Shown piece by piece: positions 12,301 to 25,299 of a DNA stretch of 64,000 nt. How positions within the stretch are numbered: position 1 is the first letter of the stretch; each line of letters starts with the position of its first letter. Both the position numbers and the translations under genes were made by a program. This DNA is from Isurus oxyrinchus (Eukaryota). The notes beneath the pieces are model-generated. The model made no database searches, was not told the DNA's origin, and saw nothing but the letters and a program-made list of their open reading frames with translations. The stretch lies in contig JANJGN010000033.1 in the NCBI GenBank assembly GCA_026770705.1, forward strand, positions 14,942,001-15,006,000, given 5' to 3'.

Positions 12301-13039
12301 AATATTTCTTTATCTGCGGTCAAGATACTTAATCAATCAATACACTTCACCTGAGTGTATTCAACTTTGATAATACAAATCACATGCCATTAACAATGGT
12401 CCCTCATTTTTCTCCAGTACTTTTTTATCTGGGGATATTAAATGCCTTAAATTCTTTGGTATCTTTATTTCTGGTTATGTAATTTATGTTTTCCACCATG
12501 AAGGAAGTCAGATCTTTTTATTGTCTCTTCCAATTTCTCTTTCCCTGTTATATTTTCTACTGTCCGAGCCCATAAGTAATCATTATTTACTTAAGCTACT
12601 TCTCTTCATACACTTTTAAGAAGTCTTATAATCTGTGTTCATAAATCCGACTTGAATCATCTGTTTTCCCCTTTATATCAAATTTTGCACTGCCTTTTGT
12701 TGTTTTCTAAAGCATTCTCCATTCCTTGGCTTAATCGTATTCTTTGTATCAAGTCTCATCTTTTAAGTTAATACTATTCTTTACTTCACTAGTAAGCCCT
12801 GGATCCATTATTCTTGTTAAGTTTTTTTAGCAGCATATTTTTTAGAGAGCACCTTTAACTGTTTCTTTAAATGTGTTGCGACCATTTATCTAGTCATAGC
12901 TTTTAGCCTATTTACCATACGGCCTTAGCCAGCTCTCCTTGCATATCTATGCAATTGTTTTAATTTCAACATTTCTACTTATGATCTTCCACATTAAGAA
13001 AAATAAACCAATTATTAAATGTACACTCAGCAGCTACGC

Positions 13040-13885
13040 TGTTATGGCACAGCGGATGATAAATTCTGAGCTGTTCAGATGCCAGAGGTAAACTTGAAAC
13101 AGTTGCCACAACTGTTTTGCAAATTGTATTGTTATTTTGAGATGCGTGCCCTGAATTTAGTAGTAACAAGACCTCCGAGCCTTAGAGGTTTTTTACAGAA
13201 CTCAACAATTATTAATTGAAGCAAAGATCTTAAGCCCATACATAGGTCTGCAAGTTATTCATATGATAACTCCCAGCTTCCCTAGTTAACCCGACTCCCA
13301 GTTATACCCCGTTAATGCGACAGTAAAACATTTAAAAAATTCAACAGACCCAAGCAAATTACCCAATGCCCTAGTCAGTGACATTGAAAATGAATTCCCT
13401 TAGTTTCAGTTCCTAGAGACAGCAGATTGGTACATAGGGGCTGGAGGCTTTTCACACTTTTTACATTTCAGAATGTCTTCTTCTTACACATAATCTCATC
13501 TCCTTAATAGAAGGGTCCTCTCTTTTTAATGTAACTCTCATTGTCTTAATGTTTTTTGCAACTGTACTTTTTCCATAATATACATGTTTCATAGCACTCA
13601 TGCAATCAGTAATCTTTGGGAAAAAAATAAACACACTGTTTGGCTTGCCCTCTGTTGGCTAGGCGTAACACCTTACCATCTCTTCCAAATTCACTACTCG
13701 GGTTTATCCAAAATTGCAAATGTTCCTCGTGCCCCCCATTCTAAAACTTCACACATTTTTACGTTTCGAGCATTTCAAACCTACTTTCTATTCTGTTACA
13801 GCAAAGCAGACAGATTAGCTCGCCGCAATTCAATCACCACGCCACCTGCCACGCACAACAACCCAGCCCGCCCCCCCGGCACCCA

Positions 13886-13924
<39 letters not shown>

Positions 13925-14015
13925 TACCAATACTCAGCAACTAATCCAAACCCCACTATTAATCTACGTTTACAATAAATTGCAACAATATTATGAAAAT
14001 TATATTTTCACAACG
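13040..14015. mobile_element. Solo LTR predating the duplication (paralogues 29707-30609 and a partial copy at about 57745-58529)
   Basis: Starts TGTTATGGCACAG and ends TTTTCAC(A/G)AC(A/G). A 5-bp TSD CTCAC is seen left of copy B (29702-29706) and right of copy C (58530-58534). Confidence 0.6.
13888..13918. repeat. (CA)n microsatellite
   Basis: Direct reading. Confidence 0.9.
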
Positions 14016-16409
14016 CTGAGCAATTAGTCCCTTCCTTTGAGGTGAGGAAATTTTATTTCCTAGTAGGTTAGCTTATTTTTTTACTTTGTCTCTTGCACTC
14101 CTTGCGTGCTCTCTCTTCCTTTATATATAACATAGATAAACATTAAAGGGTGCAGCACTTATCCCTTTGCTGCTCCCCTAATTAAAGCCTGCCAGCCCTA
14201 AAATGGCCCTTTTTCTATCTTCTCTACGCCCTGTTCGCTCACCAATCCTCTACTCATCTAATATACTGCCCCTACTGGTAGTTGGAGCCGCAATTTGCCT
14301 CATCGAATCTGTCCTGATTTTGTGCTGACTCAGCACATTGTTATCTGGCAGTGGAGCCTGGAAAATTTTGCCAAAAAACTGAATCTTCGCCCAGCGCCTA
14401 AATTCAGTAGGGATTGTGTTGAGAGATCTTTCAAAAAAGTGGCTACAAAGCAAGTGTGGTCAAAGGAAACATGGACTATTATTTTGCACAGCACTTCTGT
14501 GGAGAAAAAAATGGATATTTATTCTGATCATTCGAAAAAGTCCAAACTCAGATAATGAGACTGTTAAAGCTCTGGTCGTTCATGGTTATGGGGCTTGGCC
14601 CAGAAGCACATCAATTAAAATTTCAGACTTCAAAACAATGTGGCGGGGCTAGGGCTATCTGGACAGGTCTTGGATCGTTACAAATGTGTCACGAAATGAA
14701 AGCTACAGCAAAGATGGGGGCAATGCAGTCAGTCATGTTTCTCAGACTCTTTGGTAGATCTATCCGATTTATTCATGAACATACTATTTCACAATAATCT
14801 GGTATTTCCTTTCTTTCAAGTGTTCATTCAATTCCCCTTTGAAAATTAATTATGAATGTGCATCCACCGTCCATTCAGAGAAAGCATTCCAAAACATTTC
14901 TCAAAGCATAATCATGTTCCACAGTAATAACTTCACTTCGTTTGCTAATCACCTGTGGCCTCTGTTTCCCCATCCTTTTGATATCAGAAATAATTTCTCA
15001 GATATATTATAGCTTTCAATGTTTTGAGCATTTCTATAAAACCTCGTATCAACTTGATTTTCTATGACAATAATGATCCTCATTATTTGTATTCACCTGG
15101 AGTCGTCCACTTTTGCATTAATTGTTGAAAACCTCTATTGACCTTCGCTGGGGCCCTGACATCCTCAGAAATTGTGTTACTCAGATTTGGACAAAGTAGT
15201 CGACCTCAGTCCTAACCTGTTAAACAGTTTTGTGTTTTCTTCTCTATTCCTCTATTGAGAAAACCAATGACTGTACTTCTTTCAGTCCTCATATTACCTT
15301 GCCCTGCCACCTTCCAAGGTGTGAGTGTGTGTATCGACATGTAAGCTACTGAATCAACCGACACTCTCTTCATACGTAACCCTTCTGGTTCAATTGCTTC
15401 TCTCCGCTTTTCTGATTAAGTTGTATGACTTCACACTGTTCTGTGATAAATATCATGTTCCATGCATTTGACTATTTCACCAGTCTATGTCATCCTATCG
15501 TCTGTTTGTATCCTCCTCATTATTTGCTTCATTTCCAATTCTAATGCCAATTGTAACCTTTTAGATTAGGCTCTTTATGCCCCACTGCAAGAACTTGTGC
15601 ATAGCCATTCGAAGGCAGCTGAGCGTCTGATGGTACATCCTGTTCTATGGATGGCCACTCCAACACAGTGGAGCCTGGTCCACTTGCCAGCGGCCTTCTC
15701 CCGCGCCCCCAACGTCAGGCACTGATGTTGCTGCACTCCTGATGGCACTGATGTTGCTGCACTCTCGCAGTCTGAATTTGAAACTCTCTTCCTCTCTGTT
15801 CTTCCTCCCTACTCCTCCTCCTACACTTCAATAGTGGCTCTGAAGTCTGGATGAATGAGGCCTCTGCCATTATCCAAATCACTTAACTAAACAGCTCCCG
15901 CAACTGTGCCCACACCTCTGGTTATTCGGCACAATGCCCTTCCCAGTTGGCACTCTGACAACACGCCCCAGCAATGCCTGCCCTTTTTCTACCTATCTTG
16001 CGTCTTATTGTCCGTGCCTGCACTGTTTCACTCTTCCAAAAATACAGTGCTGGCTCCCATGATTGTTTTTGGAGAAAACTAGCATTATGCTCTCGCGTGT
16101 CTTCACACTTTCCACTTGTGAGGTTTTGGAACTCCGTGGCTCCCATTCAAACATCCTAAGTTTTAAGCAAAAAATGCAAATTTGCTGTAATTGGCTTAAG
16201 TATTTTCCATCTGTGCTCAAATACCTCACCTCTATATCAAAAGTTCTCAGGAACATCTGGCAGTGTCATGAATGTGCCAGGCTTTACCCTGGCGTTCTCT
16301 GTTCCAATATACTCCCATCCCCTTCTCAAGTCGCAGCCCATCCGCAAATGCCCAGGGGAATTCAGCCCAAAATCAGGTCCAAAATTCATTGAATAACATA
16401 AATATTACA

Positions 16410-18880
16410 GTACAGAAGAGGGCCATTCGGCCTATATTACCTGCCCCGGCTATCTTAATGGGCACTTCCCTTGGTGCCATTCTCCACTCCCACCTTCTCC
16501 CCGTAATCCTGCACATATTTTGTTTTCAGTTATCAGTCCAATTTCCTTTTGAATGCTTCGAATGAAATTGCATCTAGCACCCTCTCAGGCTGTGCATTCC
16601 ATACCTGAAACATGAGTTGACTGAATGCATTTTTTTTCTAATAACACTTTTGTTTCTCTTGGCAATCACTTTAAATCATTTCCCTTTCATTCTTGATCCC
16701 TTCAGCCGTGGGAATAGTTTTATTCCCTATCTGCTCCGGTCAGACACCTCATGGTTTTTAATACCTCTATCTAATTTCCTTTCACGCTTATTTTCCCCAA
16801 GGAAAACCGTCCTAAGTTCTCCAATCTATTGTCATAACCGTAGTTCCTCATAACAGGAACCTTTCCCGTTAACATTTCCTCTGCTCTCTACAGTACTTCC
16901 CCATTATTTCTAAATTGTGGCATCCAGAACTGGTGGTAAAACTCCAGCAGAGGCTGAACTATTGTCTTATACCTGTTCAAAATAACCTCCTTACTCTTGT
17001 ACACTACATCCCAATTAATAAAGGATTATTTATGCTTTATCAGCCTCTACCCTGCCTACATCCATGTCTTCTTCACATACATACCCTGGTCGCTGTGTCC
17101 CTGCATCTCATTTATACTTGTGCCCTTTTCTTTTTGCAATGTCTTTCCGTCTTCTTCCTTCAAAAATTTAATCAATTTACATTTTGCTGCACTGAACTTC
17201 ACCTGCAACACATGTTTGCACATTCCACCCTTTTGATTACGTCCTTCAAATTCCTAAACAATCCACCTTACAGTTCAGGATGCTTCTTTTTTTTATATCA
17301 GCCACAAAATTTGAAATTTGTCCCTACACACCAAGATGTAGGTCTTGAATATTAATACCTACATCAGGAAATTAAGGGTCCCAGCAATGACCTCTGGGGC
17401 CGTTGCCACAACATTCCTGCTGCCAGGGAGACACCTACTAACCATTGGGCTTAATTTCCTGTCTCCCAGCCATTTTCGTATCCATGTTGCTACTTTCCCT
17501 TTTATCACATGAACCTTAATCACGTGTCGGTTGTGTGGTACTGTATCAAATACCTTTCGGAAGACCATATACACCACATCAACAGCATTGCTTCATGAAA
17601 ACAAATTTCATATTTGTCTTTACAGCAAGGGAATTGATGGGCAAGAATAAGGAAGTCTTGTTCCAGTTCAGTAAAGCTTTGGTGAGATCAGACGAGGGCT
17701 ACTGTGCAGTTTTGTTCTCCTATCTATGGAATGATGAACTTGCCCTGGATATATTACAGTGGAGACTTAGAAAATTATTCCCAGGGATGGGAGGCTTGTC
17801 ATTTTATGACAGATTAAGTAAATTGGACCCTTATTTCTTGCGAGCTTAGGAGGATAAGAGGTGTTCTCATTGAAAAAGACATGATTCTGAAAGTGCTGAA
17901 CAGCGCAGACACTGAGAGTTTGCTTCACCTTACTGGGAAATATAGGACACCGGGGAAAAACCTCAGAAAAAGAGGCCGATCATACAGTAGTGGGATGAGC
18001 CGAAATTTGATCATTCAGAGGTTCTGAATCTTTTGAATTCCTGCCTCAGAAGGTTCTGGACCTCCCAACGTTGAGTATAGACAAGGCTGAGGCTGACTTT
18101 TTTTTCAAAAGCCTCGGTCAATCAACATCTCTGGGCACTGAGCACGAAAATATAAATCAGATAGAAATTAGTTCTAACAGTACTGAATGTCAGAACAGGC
18201 CGGAGGAGAGGAATATCCTATCCGTGCTCCTATTTATTTTGTTCTTATGGAAACGTGAGATGTCTGTTCAGAGGAGCCTATACCTAAGAAGCACTCGGGC
18301 AGTTATCTATTTATTTATGTTGAAACCATGAAAGTTGTTAAGTTCGGTAATATTATCCAGTACTGCAACTAGAGTTGCAGCGCAATGTCAGAGAAAGGAA
18401 AAAGTGCCAGAGATGTTTCAACATTCGGAGCTGTTTCCACAAGCATAGCGCACATTCAGTTGATTACAGAAAATTGAGGGTTGATATGATCCAAATGAGT
18501 GAGGTGTTAGTCCATCCAATAGATTGAACAGAGAGAAATTTAATTCTCTATTGTGGAAATCAAAAACAAGGAACATAGGTGTGCAATCGGAAATCGCTTA
18601 TGAGAAATGACATCGGGAAACACTTTGCCACACGACAGTAGTGGGCATTCTTGGAATTTTCTCTCACAAAAGGGTGATGCTGTGTCAATTGGAGTTTTTC
18701 AGCGCGAGGTCAGTAGATTTGTGTCCGGTAACACTGACAAGCAACATGGAGCAACGGCGTGAAAATGTGGCAGACGTCCGAGCGAAGTGAGAGTCGGAGC
18801 ATTCCCGAAATGTGACTGATCTACCTCCGTCCATCGACTTCCGACATTCCTGAGCCTAAAAGTGTGAAATATTATTGAAA
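16410..18880. mobile_element. Cluster of CR1-type LINE fragments (minus 16410-17585; plus 17590-18250 and 18400-18880); paralogue at 33055-35530
   Basis: MVYMVFRKVFDTVPHNR...IKGKVATWIRKWLGDRK (RT, minus strand); KNKEVLFQFSKALVRSDEGYC...LSFYDRLSKL (plus strand). Confidence 0.75.
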
Positions 18881-19497
18881 ATATCATTGTGAAAGTACGA
18901 CCAATAACTCCATCCCCCACTGGAGCCCAAGGAATACTGGGGGCGGGGGGAGGGGGGTGCGGGGCAGGAATGGGGTTGGGGTAGATTACCACGGAGCTCT
19001 TATTTTGCAGATGTCAAAATCCATCCCTATGTGACACAGGCCCCTAAATCTCCGTCAGAGATGTACAAACAGAGAAGTGTATTTTGTGCAACCATCAAGG
19101 ATGACCTATTAATTTCCGTGGAAACATATTACTCCACAACCATGTCTAAAGACACATATTACAGGCAGAAACTTGCCTTATCCAGGTGTTGTTGGAAAGT
19201 AGGAGGTTTTATCTTTCCAAATGCAAACAATGCCAATTTAAGGTTCAACGTATTATCCTACATCGAAACGGCGCAAACGTTTGAAAGAGTTTTGAAGAAT
19301 TATTTTTTCATCCAGTCAGAGCAGGGACAGGAGTGAGTATTAAATGTGGTACACGTGTTATATCTCAATCTCTGGAATACTTAGAATCAGAACAGCTGAC
19401 ATTTCAATTTGGCTCATATTGGAGAAGCATACACCGTTACAGCAAATGTAATGTTCAAATAACTGGAAGTAATCTCGCCATCTCTGCTGTGTTAAGG

Positions 19498-19530
19498 TCC
19501 CACGGGAAGTTTCCCTGGCTTATAAATAAA
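19498..19530 (+). promoter_or_regulatory. Promoter cassette A: O/E (EBF/Olf-1) palindrome TCCCACGGGA, overlapping kB-like GGGAAGTTTCCC, then TATAAAT
   Basis: TCCCACGGGA at 19498-19507, TATAAAT at 19521, ATG at 19601. Same motif and spacing in all three copies. Confidence 0.6.
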
Positions 19531-19600
19531 TGCTTCCTCTGAGTCTCTCATTACATCGAGTCACTTAGAACGTCGTGTCCAGCACCACTTCGTCGGCAAA

Positions 19601-19700
19601 ATGAGAACTCCATTTGCCCTCCTTCAATTTATGGATTTACCGCCAATTATACAGACAGGAATGGTTTACTATCCCATTATAGCTGCCTTTGCAATCCCCG
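19601..19700 (+). CDS. GPR139-like GPCR first coding exon A (N-terminus plus start of TM1), intact
   Basis: MRTPFALLQFMDLPPIIQTGMVYYPIIAAFAIP-G|gtaggt. Phase-1 donor and YYP.lAA...P motif as in the exon at 542-581. Confidence 0.82.
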
Positions 19701-22237
19701 GTAGGTTATTATATTCTGTCGCTAAAACTGTCAACCTGTATTTATCTGTGCTACTACTCTTATCTCAATTGATGTTCATATTGAATTTTTCTTGAATTTA
19801 ATTCAACAACAAGCAATCAAGCAACTAAGTTTTCGTTGCCTACATAGTTCTTTGAGGAAGTTATTAACATTGCGAAGGGTATTTAACCTCTATCAATGGC
19901 CGCAGCTATTCGCTTCATTTAACACAATTCAAATTGATGAAACTTTAATTTGAAATCCATGTGATATAGCATATAATGCATTCATTTTCATGTTCCAATC
20001 CTTTTCAGCTGCCTTAGCCAGTACTGACCTTTCTGCTTATATCCTATGAGCTAGCAATCGGCAGTATCTGGCATGAAATGTATTTTCTTGCACCTTCACT
20101 GTGTTGCAAGTGAACACTCTCACTTCCATTAAGGGGAAAACAACTGTTTGCCGCTTAATACCAATCGAAGTGTTATTCTATAGAAATTCACTTTTAATTT
20201 CCCTTCAGTCGCTTAAGGTTATAAATGTTTCTAGTCACGTTGTCTTGTCCCCGTACACCTTGAAAATTGCCTTTACCATATACTTACCCAACTTACTGTG
20301 AGTATAGACATACTTTATGCCTCAACCACTGACCTTGAAATTGAATTCCACGGTCTTGGATCCCTATTTGCAAAGGAGCTTATCTACTCGCTATTTCGAA
20401 TATGTTGCATTTCAATTGTGCCAATCACATTTTATTTTGAAATCCCCATCAGTTGGGGAGGAATTCTAAGTAAAGTCTTATACACTTGTAGCATTGTTTC
20501 ATTATTCTAGTATTCCAACCCCAATAAAACCGAACATTGAAATGCAGCAAGCAATTAGGTTGAACAATGGCATGTTCGCCTTTATTGCAAGAGGATTTGA
20601 GTGTGAGTAAAGATGACTCACCGCATTTATATAGAGCTTTGTTTGGAATGCAACTGGAGTTTTGTGTACAATGTTTGTACCCTTGATTGCAATATTGGAA
20701 GGGCACCTAAAATTTCCCAGACTGATTTTTGGAATGCTGGACATTGCAGAGTCTGAGCCTGTATTCTCTGCAGTTTAGGAGAACAAGAGGCGACCTCACT
20801 GGAACATACAAAGTGTTTAAAGGGTTTAACAGGGTATATGCAGGGAGGATGCCTCCTCTGGCATGGGGGGCCTAGTACCACGGGACACAGTCTCAGAAGA
20901 AAAGTTAGACTACTTAAGACTGGGATGAGGAGGAATTTCTTCACTCAGAGGGAGGTGAATCTTTGGAATTTCTGCCGCTGAGAGCTGTGGAGGCTAGGTC
21001 CTGAGTTTGTTCAGGACTGAAACCGATAAGTTACTACATATTAAGAACATTGCGGGGTATGAAGATAGAGCAGGGACATGGCGGTGAAATAGAAGATCAG
21101 TCAATATCACATTGATTGGCAGAGAGAGGCTGAAGGGCTGAATGGCCTTCTGCTGCTCTTATTTTTTATGTTCTTAGGATAAGATGGCTTGGTTACAATG
21201 GTGTTAATAATAATGGAAGCAGGCGAGGGACGTCCCACCAGATAGGGTAATTTCAGTGGTAAGGAGGGATCAAGGGTAATTTTCCTGAACGTTTCCAAAA
21301 GAAGGTGGAGATTAGGTATAGTAAGGACATAGAAGGATCTAAAGCTAAGGATACAGCATTTAAACAAAAGGCTTTGGGAAACTTAAAAGAAATGTTGGTT
21401 AGTGGCTATGTGGATGAGTGACGAGAGGGACTTTCCAAAGGCTTGAAATGGGCCAAATAGTTTTGAAGCTATTGACATAGTTGGAAGGTGAGCTTAATGG
21501 AATAAGCTACAGTAAGCAAAACGGCTCTGTGCTGCAGGCCACTGTGGCAGAAGCACCTCTTTGGGTCAGTGGTCTTTTGCTTGGCACAGTTGAAGATCTG
21601 AAATTGTCCTTATGAGCTACTGTTTGAGTGCACTCATGAATTCAGGAGAATGGAATCACAGATTTCCATTGGCTGCAGGAAGCACATGCGACCTGGGAGC
21701 TCGTGAATCACCTTAATCTATGATTACATGCCAGTACTGCATGCAACATTCCCCTCACGAGGTCCCTGATTGATAAAGGGAGGGGTATTTCTTAATACTA
21801 TGTTAAGTAAAATGAAATCAATACAATTATACTAAAAACCAATAAATTGGATGGGTGGCAGCCCCTAGCAGGGTACTGTAGGTAAAACAAAAATGTGAAT
21901 GGAAACTTAATAAATTAAATAAAATGTCAAGTTTTGGGGTGTTGATGCACCCCAGATCCCCGGTGGTACCCACCAATCACAGAAAGCCCCGAGCGTACCT
22001 GAGGATACCACATGTTCGGTCTCCAGGGCCACCAGTCTCTTTCTATGCGGTCAAGATATTTCATCAATCAATTACATTCACCTGAGTATCCTTAACTTTG
22101 ATAATATAAATCACATACCATAAGCAATAGTCCTTCAATTTTGTCCAAAACTTTTTATCTCGGTATATTAAATACCTTAAACTTTAGATATTTTGACCCT
22201 TGGTTACCTGAATTTCGAGTTATGTAATTTTTGCCTT

Positions 22238-22757
22238 TGTTAGGGGGAAGAAATTAAATAAGAATTTATGGTAAGGGAGAACGTATTGAAAGGGAATGAA
22301 TTACTTAAAATCTCCAAGCACATTCGTGGTTAAAGGTTTCCAGATGAACCTTGCACAGCTTTAAGGGCCTGCAAACAACAGAAAGACCTTGAAGCTGGAC
22401 TGCAGTCAGAGGATGGCAATAATAACTAAGATTGAGTGTGCTCTTCAACAGATATGGGAAGAACAGATGGTCCTAGATTAGGTAGGAGGGACGGTTTCTG
22501 CATGTGTGAAAACAAATAAGGACATACAGTGTATGTAATTGTTACCAGATATGTCTGTTTAATGTAAATCTGAATGTTGACGTGATCAGAAACTGGAAAC
22601 TGTTCTTGTACGTGACCAATAATGCATAAAAACCTCCAGTTTAGCAGAGTGCTCTCTCAAGCTGCATTGAGTTGTTCTCCCCTTGCAATTGCTTGAATAA
22701 ACGATAGTGACCTATACCTGTGACTCCTGAAGTCCATTTGTCAAAGTGACCACAACA
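22238..22757 (+). repeat. ERV 5' LTR (520 bp)
   Basis: TGTTAGGGGGAAG...CACAACA, AATAAA at 22696; direct repeat of 28605-29130. Confidence 0.92.
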
Positions 22758-22760
22758 GGT

Positions 22761-22778
22761 AGGCAATGTCAGCAGGAT
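22761..22778 (+). other. Primer-binding site, degenerate tRNA-Ser type
   Basis: AGGCAATGTCAGCAGGAT, 3 nt after the LTR; about 14/18 match to TGGCGCTGTGAGCAGGAT, the tRNA-Ser 3' complement as recalled. Confidence 0.55.
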
Positions 22779-22944
22779 ACCTGGATTGGACCCTCGGGAC
22801 AGCTCTGCAAAGTGGGTGAGTATATTTATTTACCACCCATAGTTAGCGCAGTAAGCCTACTCGAGAAGGGTCCGGTCAAGTATCAAACAATCAGGAGGCG
22901 GACTCAAGACAGGACATAGGAGGCGCCAGGGGTAAGATGCGGAG

Positions 22945-23250
22945 CTATGCAGGAGGGCTAGTGGTGTCAAAACCGCGCAGGGAGGGCCGGGTCATTACCA
23001 GAGATAGGAGGGAGAGCCATGCTGGCAGGTTGCGGTTTCAAATATTACCTTAGTCAAAGACGCGCAGGCCAAGCTCCTGTTAAGAGGAGGGCCGAGCCAT
23101 GGTGGCAGGCTATGGTTTGAGATATAGGCTTAGCCAAAGCCGCACAGGGAGGCAAGGACCCAGTAAGAGGAGGGCGGATCCGTGCTGGTGGGTCACAGTT
23201 TGAAATATAAACTTAACCGAAGCCACGCAGGGAGGCCAGTTCCAGTGAAA
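22945..23250 (+). repeat. Diverged tandem repeat (about 80-87 bp units, three full plus one partial) in the ERV leader
   Basis: cgcgcagggagg-like starts at about 22974, 23061, 23140 and 23224, each full unit containing gccatgctggcagg...tttgaaatat...ttagccaaag. Confidence 0.75.
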
Positions 23251-23299
23251 CCACACATACCTCAGATATTTAAGTTCTTAGGACCGTGCGAATATACCG

Positions 23300-24340
23300 G
23301 GCAGAGATAGATGGGAAATAGGAACAGAATGCTGTCAGGGAAACAAAATTGCACTATGGAACTCGATTGGGGGACCGTGGACACCATTACGAGGTACAAA
23401 GCGGAACAGCAGTTAACATTACTCACTAAAAATGCAGAAGGAAGGGTGGAATCCATAGGGAACACCTGCACAATAAAAGCAGTGGTGGATAGAGCAGAAA
23501 AAGGATCAGGAAAAGAAATGAGTGATGGTTATTTTGATCTTGTACCTGCAGTTGTGCAGCGGATTAACACTGTGTTCCTGTCGATTACAGAAAGAGAGAC
23601 AAAGTCAGATTCAGTGCACATCAGAGCAGTGGCGGCAGCGTGCAATGATACTGGTCAAGAGGAGGAGAGCTCCGAGGGGAAATCTGTGAGGAGCTGAGAT
23701 AAATCCTCCCTCTTACAAACCAACCATCCCACTGTGCCCGTTGAACCCCATGGCCCCATGGCAGTAACTGGTAGGAAAACTAAAGCCAGGAAAGGCGAAT
23801 TAAAAACTAAAGGGGGAAAGGGGCCTGAGAAATAGGGGGAGGATGAGGAGATTCAGAGGGTTATGGAGAAAGAAAAATATTTACCATTCATCCCTGGGGA
23901 GAAGCAGATACTTCGACTAAACTGCGGGAAATGCAAGATTTCCATGCAATGCACCCCCTTGATACCCATACACTGGTGAAGAGAATATGCACAGGGTATA
24001 TCTGGGGAGAATTAGCCCTACAGTTTAGAAGTGGTGACTGGGCAAAACGTGGGAACGTCCCAGATCGGGAGAAGGAGACATCCCTGCTCAGGGACTTTGA
24101 GGAGGCAGTTAAGGAGGGCTTGGGGAACGAGAGACGAATTGGGGTTGCATAACGTCCATAGTACAGAAGAGCGGTGAGCCTGTAATGGACCATGCAGAGC
24201 GGAAGTGGGAGACATATGTACAGTTTTCAGGACAAACACATTCCATGCTGGATGATGAGAAAATGTGGAAGGACGACAGGGACCCAAAACGTCCGCTACT
24301 CAATTTTGTGTAACTTTAAATATGAATTGATTTTTGCTGA
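23300..24340 (+). pseudogene. ERV gag remnant
   Basis: Position after the leader; broken ORFs (23311-23697; KLREMQDFHAMHPLDTHTLVKRIC...LRDFEEAVKEGLG). Family assignment rests on position and composition. Confidence 0.5.
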
Positions 24341-24345
24341 AGAGG

Positions 24346-24388
<43 letters not shown>

Positions 24389-25299
24389 GGGGCGTACCCC
24401 TAAGGGAGTTAATAAGCACTGACAGGCAGTAGCAGGGCAAATGTGAGCTTTCGTCAGTTTGAAAGTCCCTATAGGTGGAGCCTTCAAGATCCCTTTATTT
24501 CCCCACTGCTATTTGAAATTGTGTTTGGAATATGAGAGTTGTAAGTTGTTAAACAGGGTTAAATGAACTAACCTTTGTACCACCCCCTTGCAGACTAGAA
24601 TGACCAGCTTGCAAGCTGATTGGGATTGATACAAATGACTTGCATTAACTCATGTGAGTTAGTGTTTTACAATTCTGAGGGGAAAAATTACCTGAAGTTC
24701 AAGGGATTCTGGGAAAACCAAAAGGCATAAGCATACGGTCTAGGTCGTTCCAATTGATAAAAAGTGGTTTATTTTGAAGAGCTGATTAAATATAAAATGA
24801 AATCTGCACCCCAACAACACCGCTATTTGAATTTGGGACAAGGCTTGAGGTGTAAAGTCCAATGTAGTTTAGAAGATTAAATTACATTTCTTCCTGATAA
24901 TTTCTCAAAAGGGAATTTTCATTTTAAATTGGTGTTAATTCAAATGCCGCAAGCTTTTGCATTTGTCAGTCTATTCCCAAAATCTGAAGCTAAGCTCAAG
25001 ACGATGATAAAGCTTGGCAGAAATCCAATTTTTGGCCGAGTTAATGAATCTGGGATAATTCTAAAAGAAACGGGTCAGACACACTTTAGTGGGTTACTTT
25101 TGAGACAATAAAATTGTTTGAGAAGAAAAGGAAGAAAAACATGTCAATGCCTGATTTTTTTTTAAAACAGTTATCAGAATATCTTATTTATTTTAAAGTC
25201 TCTGCAGGCAACCTGAACAAGATAAGAAGGTAACTGCGGTATGTGTAAAATGGTATGATGCAAGTAGAAGAAAAAGTTAGGGAAAGAGAACACAATATA

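Larger units (their letters stand above)
8570..20467 (+). repeat. Segmental duplication unit, copy A (contains GPCR first exon at 19601)
   Basis: Colinear similarity with 20468-38760 and 53930-64000, e.g. 12478/22220+29135/57337, 14340/30945/58858 and 19430-20460/35960-36980/61315-62365. Confidence 0.9.

Noticed and set aside
15718-15764. 21-bp direct repeat GGCACTGATGTTGCTGCACTC twice
   Set aside because: Simple local slippage duplication with no further structure.
22945-23250. Repeat array superficially like CRISPR
   Set aside because: Eukaryotic context; the units are whole diverged tandem copies without unique spacers and lie inside an ERV leader.
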